From Pseudomonadota bacterium (GTDB taxonomy: Bacteria > Bdellovibrionota > UBA1018 > CAIMNF01): 64,000 bases of DNA. Below the pieces are notes generated by a model that ran no database searches, was not told the DNA's origin, and saw nothing but the letters and a program-made list of their open reading frames with translations. The translations under genes and the position numbers were made by a program. Below, piece after piece: positions 39,524 through 48,788 of this stretch; positions within the stretch are counted from its first letter, which is position 1; each line of letters begins with the position of its first letter. The stretch spans positions 1-64,000 of the forward strand of contig JAIXOQ010000033.1 in NCBI GenBank assembly GCA_027486675.1, in the 5' to 3' direction.

Positions 39524-41979
39524 GCCTCACAGGTTTCAGGGTTTTCAAGGGAGCACGACACCGCCGCCGTAGCCTCCGGAGTTTCTGTCTTGGTAGAATT
39601 TGCTGACATCGCCTTCGAACCGGTGACCGTGGTCGCCTTTTGAATGCGAGTCGCAGGGCGGGACCGAAGGTAATAAGTCGTCTTAAGCCCCATCTTCCAA
39701 GCGTACATGTACATAGATGAAAGTTTACCTACGTTTGGACTCTCTACGAACAAGTTTAAAGACTGGCTTTGATCGATGAACGCCCCACGAGCAGCAGCAA
39801 GATCGACCAAGTTCTTCATCGAGAGTTCCCATGCTGTTCTATAACGATATTGAATATCAGCGGGAATCCGATCGATACCCTGTATCGATCCCTCATTGTG
39901 TTTGAGGTCCGAGATCATGTTTTCGTCCCACAGACCACGACTTTGCAGTTCGCGGACTAAGAACTTATTGATCTGGATAAATTCACCCGACAGAGTTTCA
40001 CGCTTAAACAAGTTGGAAACCATAGGCTCGATGGACTCTGTGCAACCTACGATTGAAGCAATCGTCGCCGTTGGTGCGATCGCGATCAAAAGGGAGTTCC
40101 TAAGCCCATGGGTCTTCACTTCGGCACGAAGTGATTCCCAATCTAGCTCTTTAGACAATGTTGGGTTTTTCCAGAAGTCGAACTGGAGTTTTCCATCGGC
40201 AGCACGCGTGTCTGCGAAGTTTTCGTGTGGTCCATCGGCTTTGGCGAGCAAGTTTGAGGCCTTTACAGCATAAAAATAGACGTATTCTTGGATCTTAGTC
40301 GAAAGCGCAAGTGCCTCAGGTGAGTCAAATGCGATTTCCATCTTCAGGAAAACGTCTTGGAGCCCCATGACCCCAAGCCCAATCGGGCGCCACTTGAAGT
40401 TCGATCCCTTCGCCTGTGGGATGCAGTAGTGATTGATGTCGATCACGCGGTTTAAGTACGGCACTACGGTTGTGACCGTCTTTTTTAAGCGATCGAAATC
40501 AAAATCACCATCGATGACGTGCTCGCTCAAGTTGATAGAACCTAAGTTGCACACGGCTGTTTCCGGATCGGAAGTCACCTCTAGGATTTCAGTACAGAGA
40601 TTGGAAAGGTGAATCACGTTTCCATTTTTTCCGGTCTGATTGGACTTTAAATTTGATGCATCTTTGAAGTTCATCCACCCGTTACTGGTTTCGGCAAGAG
40701 TGCGCATCATGCGGCCATAAAGATCTCGAGCTGGTACCTGTCTGACATAACGTTTTTCGGATTCTGCTTTAGTGTAAGCTGCGCGAAATGCATCTCCATA
40801 GAGATCAGGAAGCTCCGGCATCTCTTTTGGATCAAACAAGGACCACACACCGCCTTGCTCAACTCGCTCCATAAAAAGATCAGGCACCCAGTTTGAAATA
40901 TTGAGATTGTGAGTGCGCTGAGCTTCGTCTCCTGTGTTGTTGCGAAGCTCTAAAAATTCCTCGATATCCGCGTGCCAGGATTCCAAGTAAACACAGCATG
41001 CACCTTTTCGTTTTCCGCCTTGATTCACTGCGGCGACCGAGGAATCCAAGGTTTTTAACCAAGGTACAATTCCGTTTGATTTCCCGTTTGTCCCTCGGAT
41101 CAAAGATCCTCTGGAACGCACTCTGTGATACGCGACACCGATGCCACCTGAAAACTTGGATAGTTCGGCAATTTCTGCGTAGCGTGCGTAAATGGAACGC
41201 AATTCATCTTTCGGAGAATCGAGCAAGAAGCAGGAAGACAACTGAGGTGTGAGTGTGGCGGAGTTAAAAAGAGTTGGCGTGCTTGGCATGAACCGGAAGC
41301 TTGAAACCATATCGTAGATGGTCTGCGCCTCTTCCGTGGTGGTTGAGATACCGATAGCAACGCGAGCAAAAAAGTATTGAGGTGCTTCGATGACTTTACG
41401 GCTTTTTGGATGCCGAGTTAGATAGCGGTCGTAGACGGTTTTTAGGCCGAAGAACTCAAAGAGATCATCACGGCTGCGATCGAGCTTCATGCCGGTCGCA
41501 AGTTTTTTTACTGCAGGATTCAGAAGACCATTATGAACGCCCGCTGTGAGCGAGTCCTCGAAGGAATGAATCCCTTGAGATGCAAGCTCCTGCTCAATTT
41601 TCTCAGAGAGAATGCGCGCCGCGAGCCGAGCGTAGTCTGGCTCGATTGTGATCATTCCAGAAGCGAGTTGAATTCCTGCTTCTAGAAATTCCTTCTCGTT
41701 TGCATTCGGAGAAAGGGAGGAGAAAACACGCTGGGAGATGTCTTCCAACACGATGCCGGGCAACCCTGCTGCCAGAGTGCGGAAGCGAAGCTCTACATTG
41801 ATCCGGCTGTAGGGATGACTATCGTTCTCAATCGGGTCTAGCTTAAAACTTTCATTCATCTCAATCGGTGTAGCGCGCAGAGAAAGAGGCGATGGCGCCC
41901 CTAAATCCTGAACAGGTAGCCCCTCGACCGGCAAAACAACACTCTCACTCACCCCTCGGTCAACATTTGGCGTTTTCAT
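39514..41979 (-). CDS. nrdA: class Ia ribonucleoside-diphosphate reductase alpha subunit
   Basis: ATP-cone, catalytic NLCTEI, C-terminal redox tail ...CEACQ; start at MKTPNVDRG behind a GGAGAGGAG RBS (ORF extends to TTG at 42006). Confidence 0.9.
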   Translation of the reverse strand: MKTPNVDRGVSESVVLPVEGLPVQDLGAPSPLSLRATPIEMNESFKLDPIENDSHPYSRINVELRFRTLAAGLPGIVLEDISQRVFSSLSPNANEKEFLEAGIQLASGMITIEPDYARLAARILSEKIEQELASQGIHSFEDSLTAGVHNGLLNPAVKKLATGMKLDRSRDDLFEFFGLKTVYDRYLTRHPKSRKVIEAPQYFFARVAIGISTTTEEAQTIYDMVSSFRFMPSTPTLFNSATLTPQLSSCFLLDSPKDELRSIYARYAEIAELSKFSGGIGVAYHRVRSRGSLIRGTNGKSNGIVPWLKTLDSSVAAVNQGGKRKGACCVYLESWHADIEEFLELRNNTGDEAQRTHNLNISNWVPDLFMERVEQGGVWSLFDPKEMPELPDLYGDAFRAAYTKAESEKRYVRQVPARDLYGRMMRTLAETSNGWMNFKDASNLKSNQTGKNGNVIHLSNLCTEILEVTSDPETAVCNLGSINLSEHVIDGDFDFDRLKKTVTTVVPYLNRVIDINHYCIPQAKGSNFKWRPIGLGVMGLQDVFLKMEIAFDSPEALALSTKIQEYVYFYAVKASNLLAKADGPHENFADTRAADGKLQFDFWKNPTLSKELDWESLRAEVKTHGLRNSLLIAIAPTATIASIVGCTESIEPMVSNLFKRETLSGEFIQINKFLVRELQSRGLWDENMISDLKHNEGSIQGIDRIPADIQYRYRTAWELSMKNLVDLAAARGAFIDQSQSLNLFVESPNVGKLSSMYMYAWKMGLKTTYYLRSRPATRIQKATTVTGSKAMSANSTKTETPEATAAVSCSLENPETCEACQ

Positions 41980-42175
41980 CTGGCTCCTCTCCATCATTGG
42001 ATTCAACTGAACTCGGGCTCTTAGCCCCGACCTTCTGTGTTAGATCCCTGACCCCTTACCGCGCAAGACGACAAGAGCCCGAGGCCCAAATTTTTGGGCC
42101 AAAATCTTCAGACAACAGAGATACGGGGTAGACCACGGGCAGGGCCTTATACTTCGGCCCATCCCCTGCCCTTAA

Positions 42176-42222
42176 CCACAATATATAGGGGTGTCGCTCC
42201 CAGGTCAACCCACCTATTGTGG
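42176..42222 (-). promoter_or_regulatory. palindromic operator candidate in the nrdA leader (CCACAATA-N31-TATTGTGG; inner CACAATATATA resembles an NrdR box half)
   Basis: Perfect 8-bp inverted arms about 200 nt upstream of the nrdA start; adjacent GC-rich hairpins in the 5' UTR. Confidence 0.3.
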
Positions 42223-42305
42223 TATTACACTAAATAAATCGACAGTTTCTCGTCGCTTGATTAGTGGATTTAAGTGCTAAACGAAGCGGAAAATCCCCCA
42301 TGGTA

Positions 42306-43514
42306 TCAACGATCTAGGACCCTCATCCGACAGAGGTAGACCAGTACTATCCCGACTAAACCACCCCAGAAAAGAGCTGTCTGAGCGCTGGTGGCTTGGG
42401 CCACTCCGCCCAAAAAGAAGCCACCAATCATTGGACCTGATTTAAAGCTTAAAAGCTCGATCCCACCTAAACGTCCACGATACTCAGAAGCGATCGTTTT
42501 ATTCCAAAAAGTATGGCGAAAAATTGCACTCACCATATCCGCATAACCCGCAAGCGCCATAAACATTAACAAGAACCAAAAGTTCTGCTGTAAACCAGCC
42601 AAGGAAATACACAAACACCAAACGGCTGCGGAACCCGCTATCCATGACATTTGTCGCTTTGGTTTTGCCATCCAACCACTGCTTAATGTCGCAATCATCG
42701 CTCCACACCAAAGACTAGAATGCAAAAATCCGAGCGCCTGCCCTCCTCCGTTTTGCTCCGCTAATGCAGGAAAAAGAAGGATCGGATAAGCAAAAACGTT
42801 TGCTGCAATATCAATTCCGTAACTCGCTAAAATATCTTTGCGACCCCAAAGATACCGAAGCCCGTCGATCATATTTGCCAATGCCCCTTGAGCTGCATGG
42901 GACGCTTGCACCAGAAAATCAACTCGCACGCGCGAGATGAGAATCATGCTTGCGATATAACTTACGGCGTCTAACCAATACGTCGCAGCAACACCTATGC
43001 GAGAAATTAAAATTCCCGCGAACGCAGGTGCAATCACGCTTCCGAAGGTGACGCGAAAGCCTGCCAATGCTCCGGCTGCAGCCATTTTTTCAGGTGGAAC
43101 TGTGAGCGGTAAAACCGCAGCCATCGCGGGACGGTGGATGCCCTCTAAAAACGCGATCACACCACTGAGCGCATACAAAAGCGGAATCGAGCGGAAATTG
43201 AGGGTGGCGGCAGTCGCGAGTCCTAAGGTTGCCATCGTCTGCAACCCTTCCGTCCAGAGGATGAGTTTTATCCTCGAAAAACGATCTGCAAGCACGCCTC
43301 CCCAGAGCGCACTCACCATGAGCGGGACTAACTGCGCAATTCCGACCGCACCCACCCACGCATTCGAGCGAGTCATTTCATAAATCTGGTAAGGAACTGC
43401 AACGGTCGTGACCGCTGATCCAATGAAAGAAACGAGCTGCGAGAAAAACAACCTTCGATACGAAGCGGAGTCGCGCAAAGGCGACAGATCCATTACAAAC
43501 TTACGAAGTTTCAA
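42306..43514 (-). CDS. MFS transporter
   Basis: 402 aa, about 12 TM helices, MFS motif GGVLADRFSR. Confidence 0.8.
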   Translation of the reverse strand: MKLRKFVMDLSPLRDSASYRRLFFSQLVSFIGSAVTTVAVPYQIYEMTRSNAWVGAVGIAQLVPLMVSALWGGVLADRFSRIKLILWTEGLQTMATLGLATAATLNFRSIPLLYALSGVIAFLEGIHRPAMAAVLPLTVPPEKMAAAGALAGFRVTFGSVIAPAFAGILISRIGVAATYWLDAVSYIASMILISRVRVDFLVQASHAAQGALANMIDGLRYLWGRKDILASYGIDIAANVFAYPILLFPALAEQNGGGQALGFLHSSLWCGAMIATLSSGWMAKPKRQMSWIAGSAAVWCLCISLAGLQQNFWFLLMFMALAGYADMVSAIFRHTFWNKTIASEYRGRLGGIELLSFKSGPMIGGFFLGGVAQATSAQTALFWGGLVGIVLVYLCRMRVLDR

Positions 43515-43762
43515 GCGCGCAGAGACTCAAGTTTATCTTTTTCATCTAGCGCGGCGAGCTCCGTAAAGCCACCAATCAGACGATCACCCGCATAGATCAT
43601 CGGCACTGTTTTCATCTTACTCTTCGCGCAAAGCTCATCCCATTGTGCGTCCGAATAATCATCAATCGATTCTTCTGAGTATTTAAATCCACGCTGATCC
43701 AGCAGCTTTTTTGCTTTAATACAGTACGGACACACTTTCATTGTAAATAACTTGATACTCAT
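43511..43762 (-). CDS. glutaredoxin (CPYC active site)
   Basis: 83 aa, KVCPYCIKAK, TVPMIYAGDRLIGGF. Confidence 0.85.
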   Translation of the reverse strand: MSIKLFTMKVCPYCIKAKKLLDQRGFKYSEESIDDYSDAQWDELCAKSKMKTVPMIYAGDRLIGGFTELAALDEKDKLESLRA

Positions 43763-43824
43763 ACACGGTCTCCTTGGTAGATCAATTGTGAGCCCATAGT
43801 GCTCTATGTCATCCTACAACTACC

Positions 43825-44208
43825 ATGAAAAGCTTAGGAATGAGGCACGTCGCCTTAAATGTTTCTGACCCTGAACGCTCAAAGTCTTTCTACTGCAAGG
43901 TCCTTCATATGGAGGTGGAGTGGGAGCCAGATGCAGACAATATTTATCTCTCGACCGGAGGACAAGATAACGTTGCCCTCCACAAAGGGACGCCTGGGCC
44001 AGGATCTTTGGACCATATCGGTTTCTTCGTAAGGAGCCACGCCGAGGTCGACGAATGGTACGAAGAAGTGAAAGCGGCAGGAGTGAAAATCCTACGCGAG
44101 GTAAAAACTCACCGCGACGGCGCACGATCTTTCTATCTTGCGGATCCAGATGGAATCGTCATTCAGATTCTGGCGCATCCGCCAGTTATTGCGGCTTCCC
44201 AACGATGA
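43825..44208 (+). CDS. VOC (glyoxalase/bleomycin resistance) family protein
   Basis: 127 aa; MRHVALNVSD...LDHIGFFV. Confidence 0.7.
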   Translation: MKSLGMRHVALNVSDPERSKSFYCKVLHMEVEWEPDADNIYLSTGGQDNVALHKGTPGPGSLDHIGFFVRSHAEVDEWYEEVKAAGVKILREVKTHRDGARSFYLADPDGIVIQILAHPPVIAASQR

Positions 44209-44232
44209 GAAGAGAATTCATTGGCGCAGCGC

Positions 44233-45426
44233 CTAGACCAACTTTCCGAGCGTGACCCTGCCCTTTTTAAGTGCGAACGCGACATTGCCGTGCAAGAACT
44301 CAACAATCTGCGATGCAACGCCGTCATGAATTTCTGCTGGAATCACGCCTAAGGACCGAAACTCTGACAAATCTTTCGGTGGAAATCGCACCAACCGCAA
44401 CATTGCGTCTGAGGTCATAAGGTGTTTTGCAGACAACTCAACTTCGTCTGCCAAAATTTGAATGAAGAGTTTAAAGAGCTCAAGTCCACGGGACTCTTCC
44501 GCGGATGGGATCAACGCCCGCTCTTTGGAGCGACCAAAACCACTGACCTCACCCCGAACTTTTCCTTGCTGGATTGCGCGAATCAACATCGCGCCGGTCT
44601 CCCCCTTCATCTGACCTTTAGAAAGGCCACGGAACTGTAGCAGCTGATCTAATGTTTCAGGTTGCGCGCGCGTGAGATCCATGATGGTGCCATCGTCTGC
44701 GACCCAGCGCCTGGGTATGTTGAGTTTTTTTGCGCGCTCCTCACGCCACTCCATGATGGAAAGCAAAGTGCCATAATCGCGAGGCTGGATTCTTCCGGAC
44801 TGAGAAAGTTTTCGAGCAAGATCCTCCGGCGACGGATCAAAAGTTGCTGCATCTGCTGACTTGCCTGAAACTTCTAATGCCCAGGCCTTTCTACCACTGG
44901 CCTCTAATTTCTTTAAAAGTGGATCAGAAAGACGAATGAGATCCCTGACGTCCGATAAGGCGTAGTCCAACAGATCTTGTGAGAGGGGGCGCTTGCCCCA
45001 ATTCGTACGCGCATGGCCTTTCGGTAACTCAATTCCAAGCAACTGTTTGGTGAGGGCACCTAAACCCACTGAATCCCCTAATCCAAGCAAAGAGGCGCCC
45101 ACCGCGGTATCAAAAACCGGACTTGCAGTGAAGTTAAACCTTGCCCACAAACACTCTTGATCCCCGTAAGCTGCATGAATAATTTTAAGGACTGCCGGAT
45201 CGATCAATAGACTTTTCAGGGGTTCAAGATCTTCTTCAGTGATGATCGTGCGGCAATCAACGATGACGGCTTCCGTGCGGGTCGCAAGCTGAATCCACTC
45301 AAGTTCAGGATAGAAAGTAGACTCACGAATGAACTCAGTATCGAGGGCAATCGCGGATTCATGTTTGTGCCGCTCGCACCAATCACGGAGTTGCTTAGGT
45401 TGATTGATTAATGGGGAATTTTGCAT
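44233..45426 (-). CDS. rnd: ribonuclease D (DEDDy 3'-5' exonuclease + HRDC domain)
   Basis: IALDTEF..., H(x)4YALSDV, C-terminal HRDC; start taken at MQNSPLIN (ORF opens at 45558). Confidence 0.75.
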   Translation of the reverse strand: MQNSPLINQPKQLRDWCERHKHESAIALDTEFIRESTFYPELEWIQLATRTEAVIVDCRTIITEEDLEPLKSLLIDPAVLKIIHAAYGDQECLWARFNFTASPVFDTAVGASLLGLGDSVGLGALTKQLLGIELPKGHARTNWGKRPLSQDLLDYALSDVRDLIRLSDPLLKKLEASGRKAWALEVSGKSADAATFDPSPEDLARKLSQSGRIQPRDYGTLLSIMEWREERAKKLNIPRRWVADDGTIMDLTRAQPETLDQLLQFRGLSKGQMKGETGAMLIRAIQQGKVRGEVSGFGRSKERALIPSAEESRGLELFKLFIQILADEVELSAKHLMTSDAMLRLVRFPPKDLSEFRSLGVIPAEIHDGVASQIVEFLHGNVAFALKKGRVTLGKLV

Positions 45427-45436
45427 CCCCAGTAGG

Positions 45437-45892
45437 TTATGCGACTCGGGTATGGGTTTCAGCTGGAACTTCGAAAACCCGCACACGAACTTGAGCAGTC
45501 GGGCCCGCGAGGACAAAGTCTCTCTTGGCTGGGTCTTCCACAAAGAGCTGAAACGCATACTGAGCGATCACTGCCGACGCCTCTTTTTCAGCCTTCTGAT
45601 AGGCCTCAATCTTCATGCGGGACTTAAACCACTGCAGCGCGTTTTCTTGAACTTCCGCTTTCAATGCCGGCTGCGAAACCATCTTTTCAACGAAATCCGC
45701 GAAGGCTTCGTCCTCACCCTCGGCCTGTTTGCGCATCTGATGCACACGCGAAAGCGGCGATGGGTCTTGACTGAGTACGGCGAGCTCCATTTCTAGGATC
45801 TCGGTCGTTTCGGTCAGAGTTTCGTGGAGGATAGGTTGCTTGCCCTCCACATGAACGATCAGGGCTATGGTGGTTTGCGAATTGCGACTCAT
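45437..45892 (-). CDS. hypothetical protein
   Basis: 151 aa, protein-like, no family recognised. Confidence 0.4.
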   Translation of the reverse strand: MSRNSQTTIALIVHVEGKQPILHETLTETTEILEMELAVLSQDPSPLSRVHQMRKQAEGEDEAFADFVEKMVSQPALKAEVQENALQWFKSRMKIEAYQKAEKEASAVIAQYAFQLFVEDPAKRDFVLAGPTAQVRVRVFEVPAETHTRVA

Positions 45893-45970
45893 GTATCCCT
45901 TATCGGACTATTTTAGTCAGAAATTAACACCTTAACATTTGATCCTTTACCGCGATACGCTACGGGACAC

Positions 45971-47614
45971 ATGAGTTCTAACCTATTGGAAACACAGGTT
46001 AAAAAGCGAAGAACATTCGCCATTATTTCCCACCCAGATGCCGGCAAAACCACGCTTACGGAGAAGCTCCTGCTTTACGGCGGGGCGATTCACCTGGCTG
46101 GCGCGGTGCGCGCAAAAGCTTCCCAACGCCACACCACGTCCGATTGGATGGAGATTGAAAAACAACGCGGGATCTCGATTAGCACTTCAGTGCTTCAATT
46201 CGAGTTTGAAGGATCGATCTTAAACCTTCTCGACACACCGGGTCATAAAGACTTCTCCGAAGACACGTACAGAACGCTCACTGCAGCGGATGCCGCCATC
46301 ATGCTCATCGATGCGGCTAAAGGTGTAGAGCCCCAAACACGTAAACTCTTTGAGGTCTGCCGGATGCGCGGCATTCCAATTTTCACCTTCATCAATAAAC
46401 TCGATCGACCCTCACAGGAACCTCTAGAGCTCTTAAATGAACTCGAAAATGTTTTAGGCATCCGGTCCTGCCCAATGACGTGGCCGATTGGTTCTGGAGA
46501 TCGCTTTAGGGGCGTCTATGATCGAGCTTCAAAAGAGATTCTTTTTTTTAGTGCAGAAGGCGAGGCAAATACACGCGGAAGACTGGCCACAAAAAGAGTG
46601 CAAGGCATTGATGATCCGGAGTTTCTCCCTTCTTTGATCGGCGGAAGAGTGGACGAGTTCGAGGCTAAAAATATTTTTGACCAGTTCCGCTCTGAAGTAG
46701 AACTCCTTGAGGCCGCAGGAGACGAGTTTGATGAAGAACGTGTCAACGCAGGCCAACTGACTCCTGTCTTTTTTGGGAGTGCGATGAATAACTTTGGAAT
46801 CGAAAGCTTCCTACAAAAGTTTATCTCTCTTGCTCCTAAACCCGCCCCACGGAAGTCAAAAGAAGGCGCTGTCGTTGAGCCGACTCAAAATAGTTTCAGT
46901 GCGTTTGTCTTTAAGATTCAGGCAAACATGGATCCATCTCATCGGGACCGAGTAGCATTCATTCGCATCTGCTCGGGCCACTTTGAGCGCAACATGGCGG
47001 TACGCCACTATCGCTTAGAAAAAGAAATAAAACTGGCGATGCCCGTCTCTTTCTTCGGACAAGAACGCGTGGTGGTTGAGGAGGCTTGGCCAGGAGACAT
47101 CATTGGGCTGATTGACACTAACGGTTCTCTTCGCATCGGAGACACACTCAGTCAAAAAAAGGGCCTACACTTCCAAGGTGTGCCTAGCTTTTCCCCGGAA
47201 CATTTCAGCACCGTCATTTTGCTCGATCCGTTAAAACGTAAGCAGCTGCAAAAGGGAATCGAACAATTGTCCGAGGAAGGCGTCGTTCAGATTTACCGGC
47301 AACCCGGCATGGGTGACAAAGATCCTGTGCTTGGCGCTGTCGGTGCATTGCAGTTTGAGGTTTTGCAGCACCGTTTGAAGACGGAATACACAGTGGATGC
47401 TCGGCTAGAAAAACTTCCTTACGTTCACGCGCGCTGGGTTACGGGCCAAAACATTGACCCCACCGTCTTTGATCGAAGAGAAGACTCAAAGTACCTTCAA
47501 GATCGGGACAAAAACCCAGTCATCCTCTTTAAAAGTGACTGGTCTCTCAGGTGGTCCGAAGAAAACTACAAGAATATTTCTTTCGGGAAGACAGCGCCTG
47601 AGGCAAAGGCGTAA
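45971..47614 (+). CDS. prfC: peptide chain release factor 3
   Basis: G-domain AIISHPDAGKTTLTEKLL, DTPGH, NKLD. Confidence 0.95.
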   Translation: MSSNLLETQVKKRRTFAIISHPDAGKTTLTEKLLLYGGAIHLAGAVRAKASQRHTTSDWMEIEKQRGISISTSVLQFEFEGSILNLLDTPGHKDFSEDTYRTLTAADAAIMLIDAAKGVEPQTRKLFEVCRMRGIPIFTFINKLDRPSQEPLELLNELENVLGIRSCPMTWPIGSGDRFRGVYDRASKEILFFSAEGEANTRGRLATKRVQGIDDPEFLPSLIGGRVDEFEAKNIFDQFRSEVELLEAAGDEFDEERVNAGQLTPVFFGSAMNNFGIESFLQKFISLAPKPAPRKSKEGAVVEPTQNSFSAFVFKIQANMDPSHRDRVAFIRICSGHFERNMAVRHYRLEKEIKLAMPVSFFGQERVVVEEAWPGDIIGLIDTNGSLRIGDTLSQKKGLHFQGVPSFSPEHFSTVILLDPLKRKQLQKGIEQLSEEGVVQIYRQPGMGDKDPVLGAVGALQFEVLQHRLKTEYTVDARLEKLPYVHARWVTGQNIDPTVFDRREDSKYLQDRDKNPVILFKSDWSLRWSEENYKNISFGKTAPEAKA

Positions 47615-47627
47615 ACTAAATCTAAGT

Positions 47628-48788
47628 ATGAAATTAGGCCTGGTGCTGACCGGTGGTGGAGCAAGAGCTGCATATCAGGTTGGAGCCATTCAAGCGCTTT
47701 CAGAGATCGCAGGAACTGAACATAATCCCTTTCAGGTCCTGACTGGCGTTTCCGCAGGTGCCATCAACGTAGCCTTTTTAGCTAACGGCGTCGATCATTT
47801 TGGAGTCGCAGCACAGGCCCTTTGGGATCTTTGGGCGAATCTCACCACGGAACGGATTTTTAGAACCGATGCCTCAGCGGTTACTTCTGTAAGCTCAAGA
47901 TGGATTCGCACGTTAAGTTTCGGTGGATTCGCCGCTTCAAAACGTGCCAATTATTTGCTCGACACAAAACCTTTGCGCGAGCTTCTTCAGAAGGAACTCA
48001 ATTGGGATAAGATCCGCGCCAATATCGCAAATGGTCACCTGCACGGCTTAGGGTTTTCTATGACCAACTACCTCACAGGGACGGCGATCAGCGTCTATGA
48101 GGGGCATCCATCGATAGAACCCTGGCTTCGCAATACGCGACTGGGGATGCGCACCAACCTCACCACAGACCACGTGATGGCTTCGAGTGCGATTCCAGTT
48201 TTTTTCCCACCTGTCAGCATAGACGGCGCGTTTTATGGAGATGGGTGTGTTCGCCTCACCTCCCCTGTTTCACCGGCCATTCATTTAGGGAGCGACCGCC
48301 TGATCACAATCGGCATCCGGTACGCTCGAACACCTGAAGAAACGATTGCGCTCAACGCCACTCTGAGACGGGACCAGATTTCTATCGCTGAAATCGGCGG
48401 AGTACTTTTGAACGCAGTTTTCTTGGATTCATTAGAAACGGACTTAGAGCGCCTGCAAAGAATCAACAATACGATCAGTCTCATGACCGAAGAGCAACTC
48501 AACAAACTCAAGAACCCACTCAGGAATATTCCTGTCCTCGCACTTCGTCCAAGCCAAGATCTTGGGCAACTGGCTCAAGGATGCTTGAAAGAATTTCCAA
48601 CCTTCTTGCGGTTTCTGCTGCGCGGGATCGGCGCAAAAGAGGACAAAGGCTGGGACCTCTTAAGCTACCTTGCGTTTGAATCGGTCTACACCAGGCAACT
48701 TCTTGATCTTGGGTACCGAGATACCTTGAGAAAGAAGGAAGACATTCTGGAGTTTATGTTCGGGGATCCATCTAGGATTACCCGCTAG
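47628..48788 (+). CDS. patatin-like phospholipase family protein
   Basis: LVLTGGGARAAYQVGA oxyanion motif, GVSAG nucleophile motif; ATG at 47628 (ORF opens earlier, overlapping prfC). Confidence 0.8.
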   Translation: MKLGLVLTGGGARAAYQVGAIQALSEIAGTEHNPFQVLTGVSAGAINVAFLANGVDHFGVAAQALWDLWANLTTERIFRTDASAVTSVSSRWIRTLSFGGFAASKRANYLLDTKPLRELLQKELNWDKIRANIANGHLHGLGFSMTNYLTGTAISVYEGHPSIEPWLRNTRLGMRTNLTTDHVMASSAIPVFFPPVSIDGAFYGDGCVRLTSPVSPAIHLGSDRLITIGIRYARTPEETIALNATLRRDQISIAEIGGVLLNAVFLDSLETDLERLQRINNTISLMTEEQLNKLKNPLRNIPVLALRPSQDLGQLAQGCLKEFPTFLRFLLRGIGAKEDKGWDLLSYLAFESVYTRQLLDLGYRDTLRKKEDILEFMFGDPSRITR

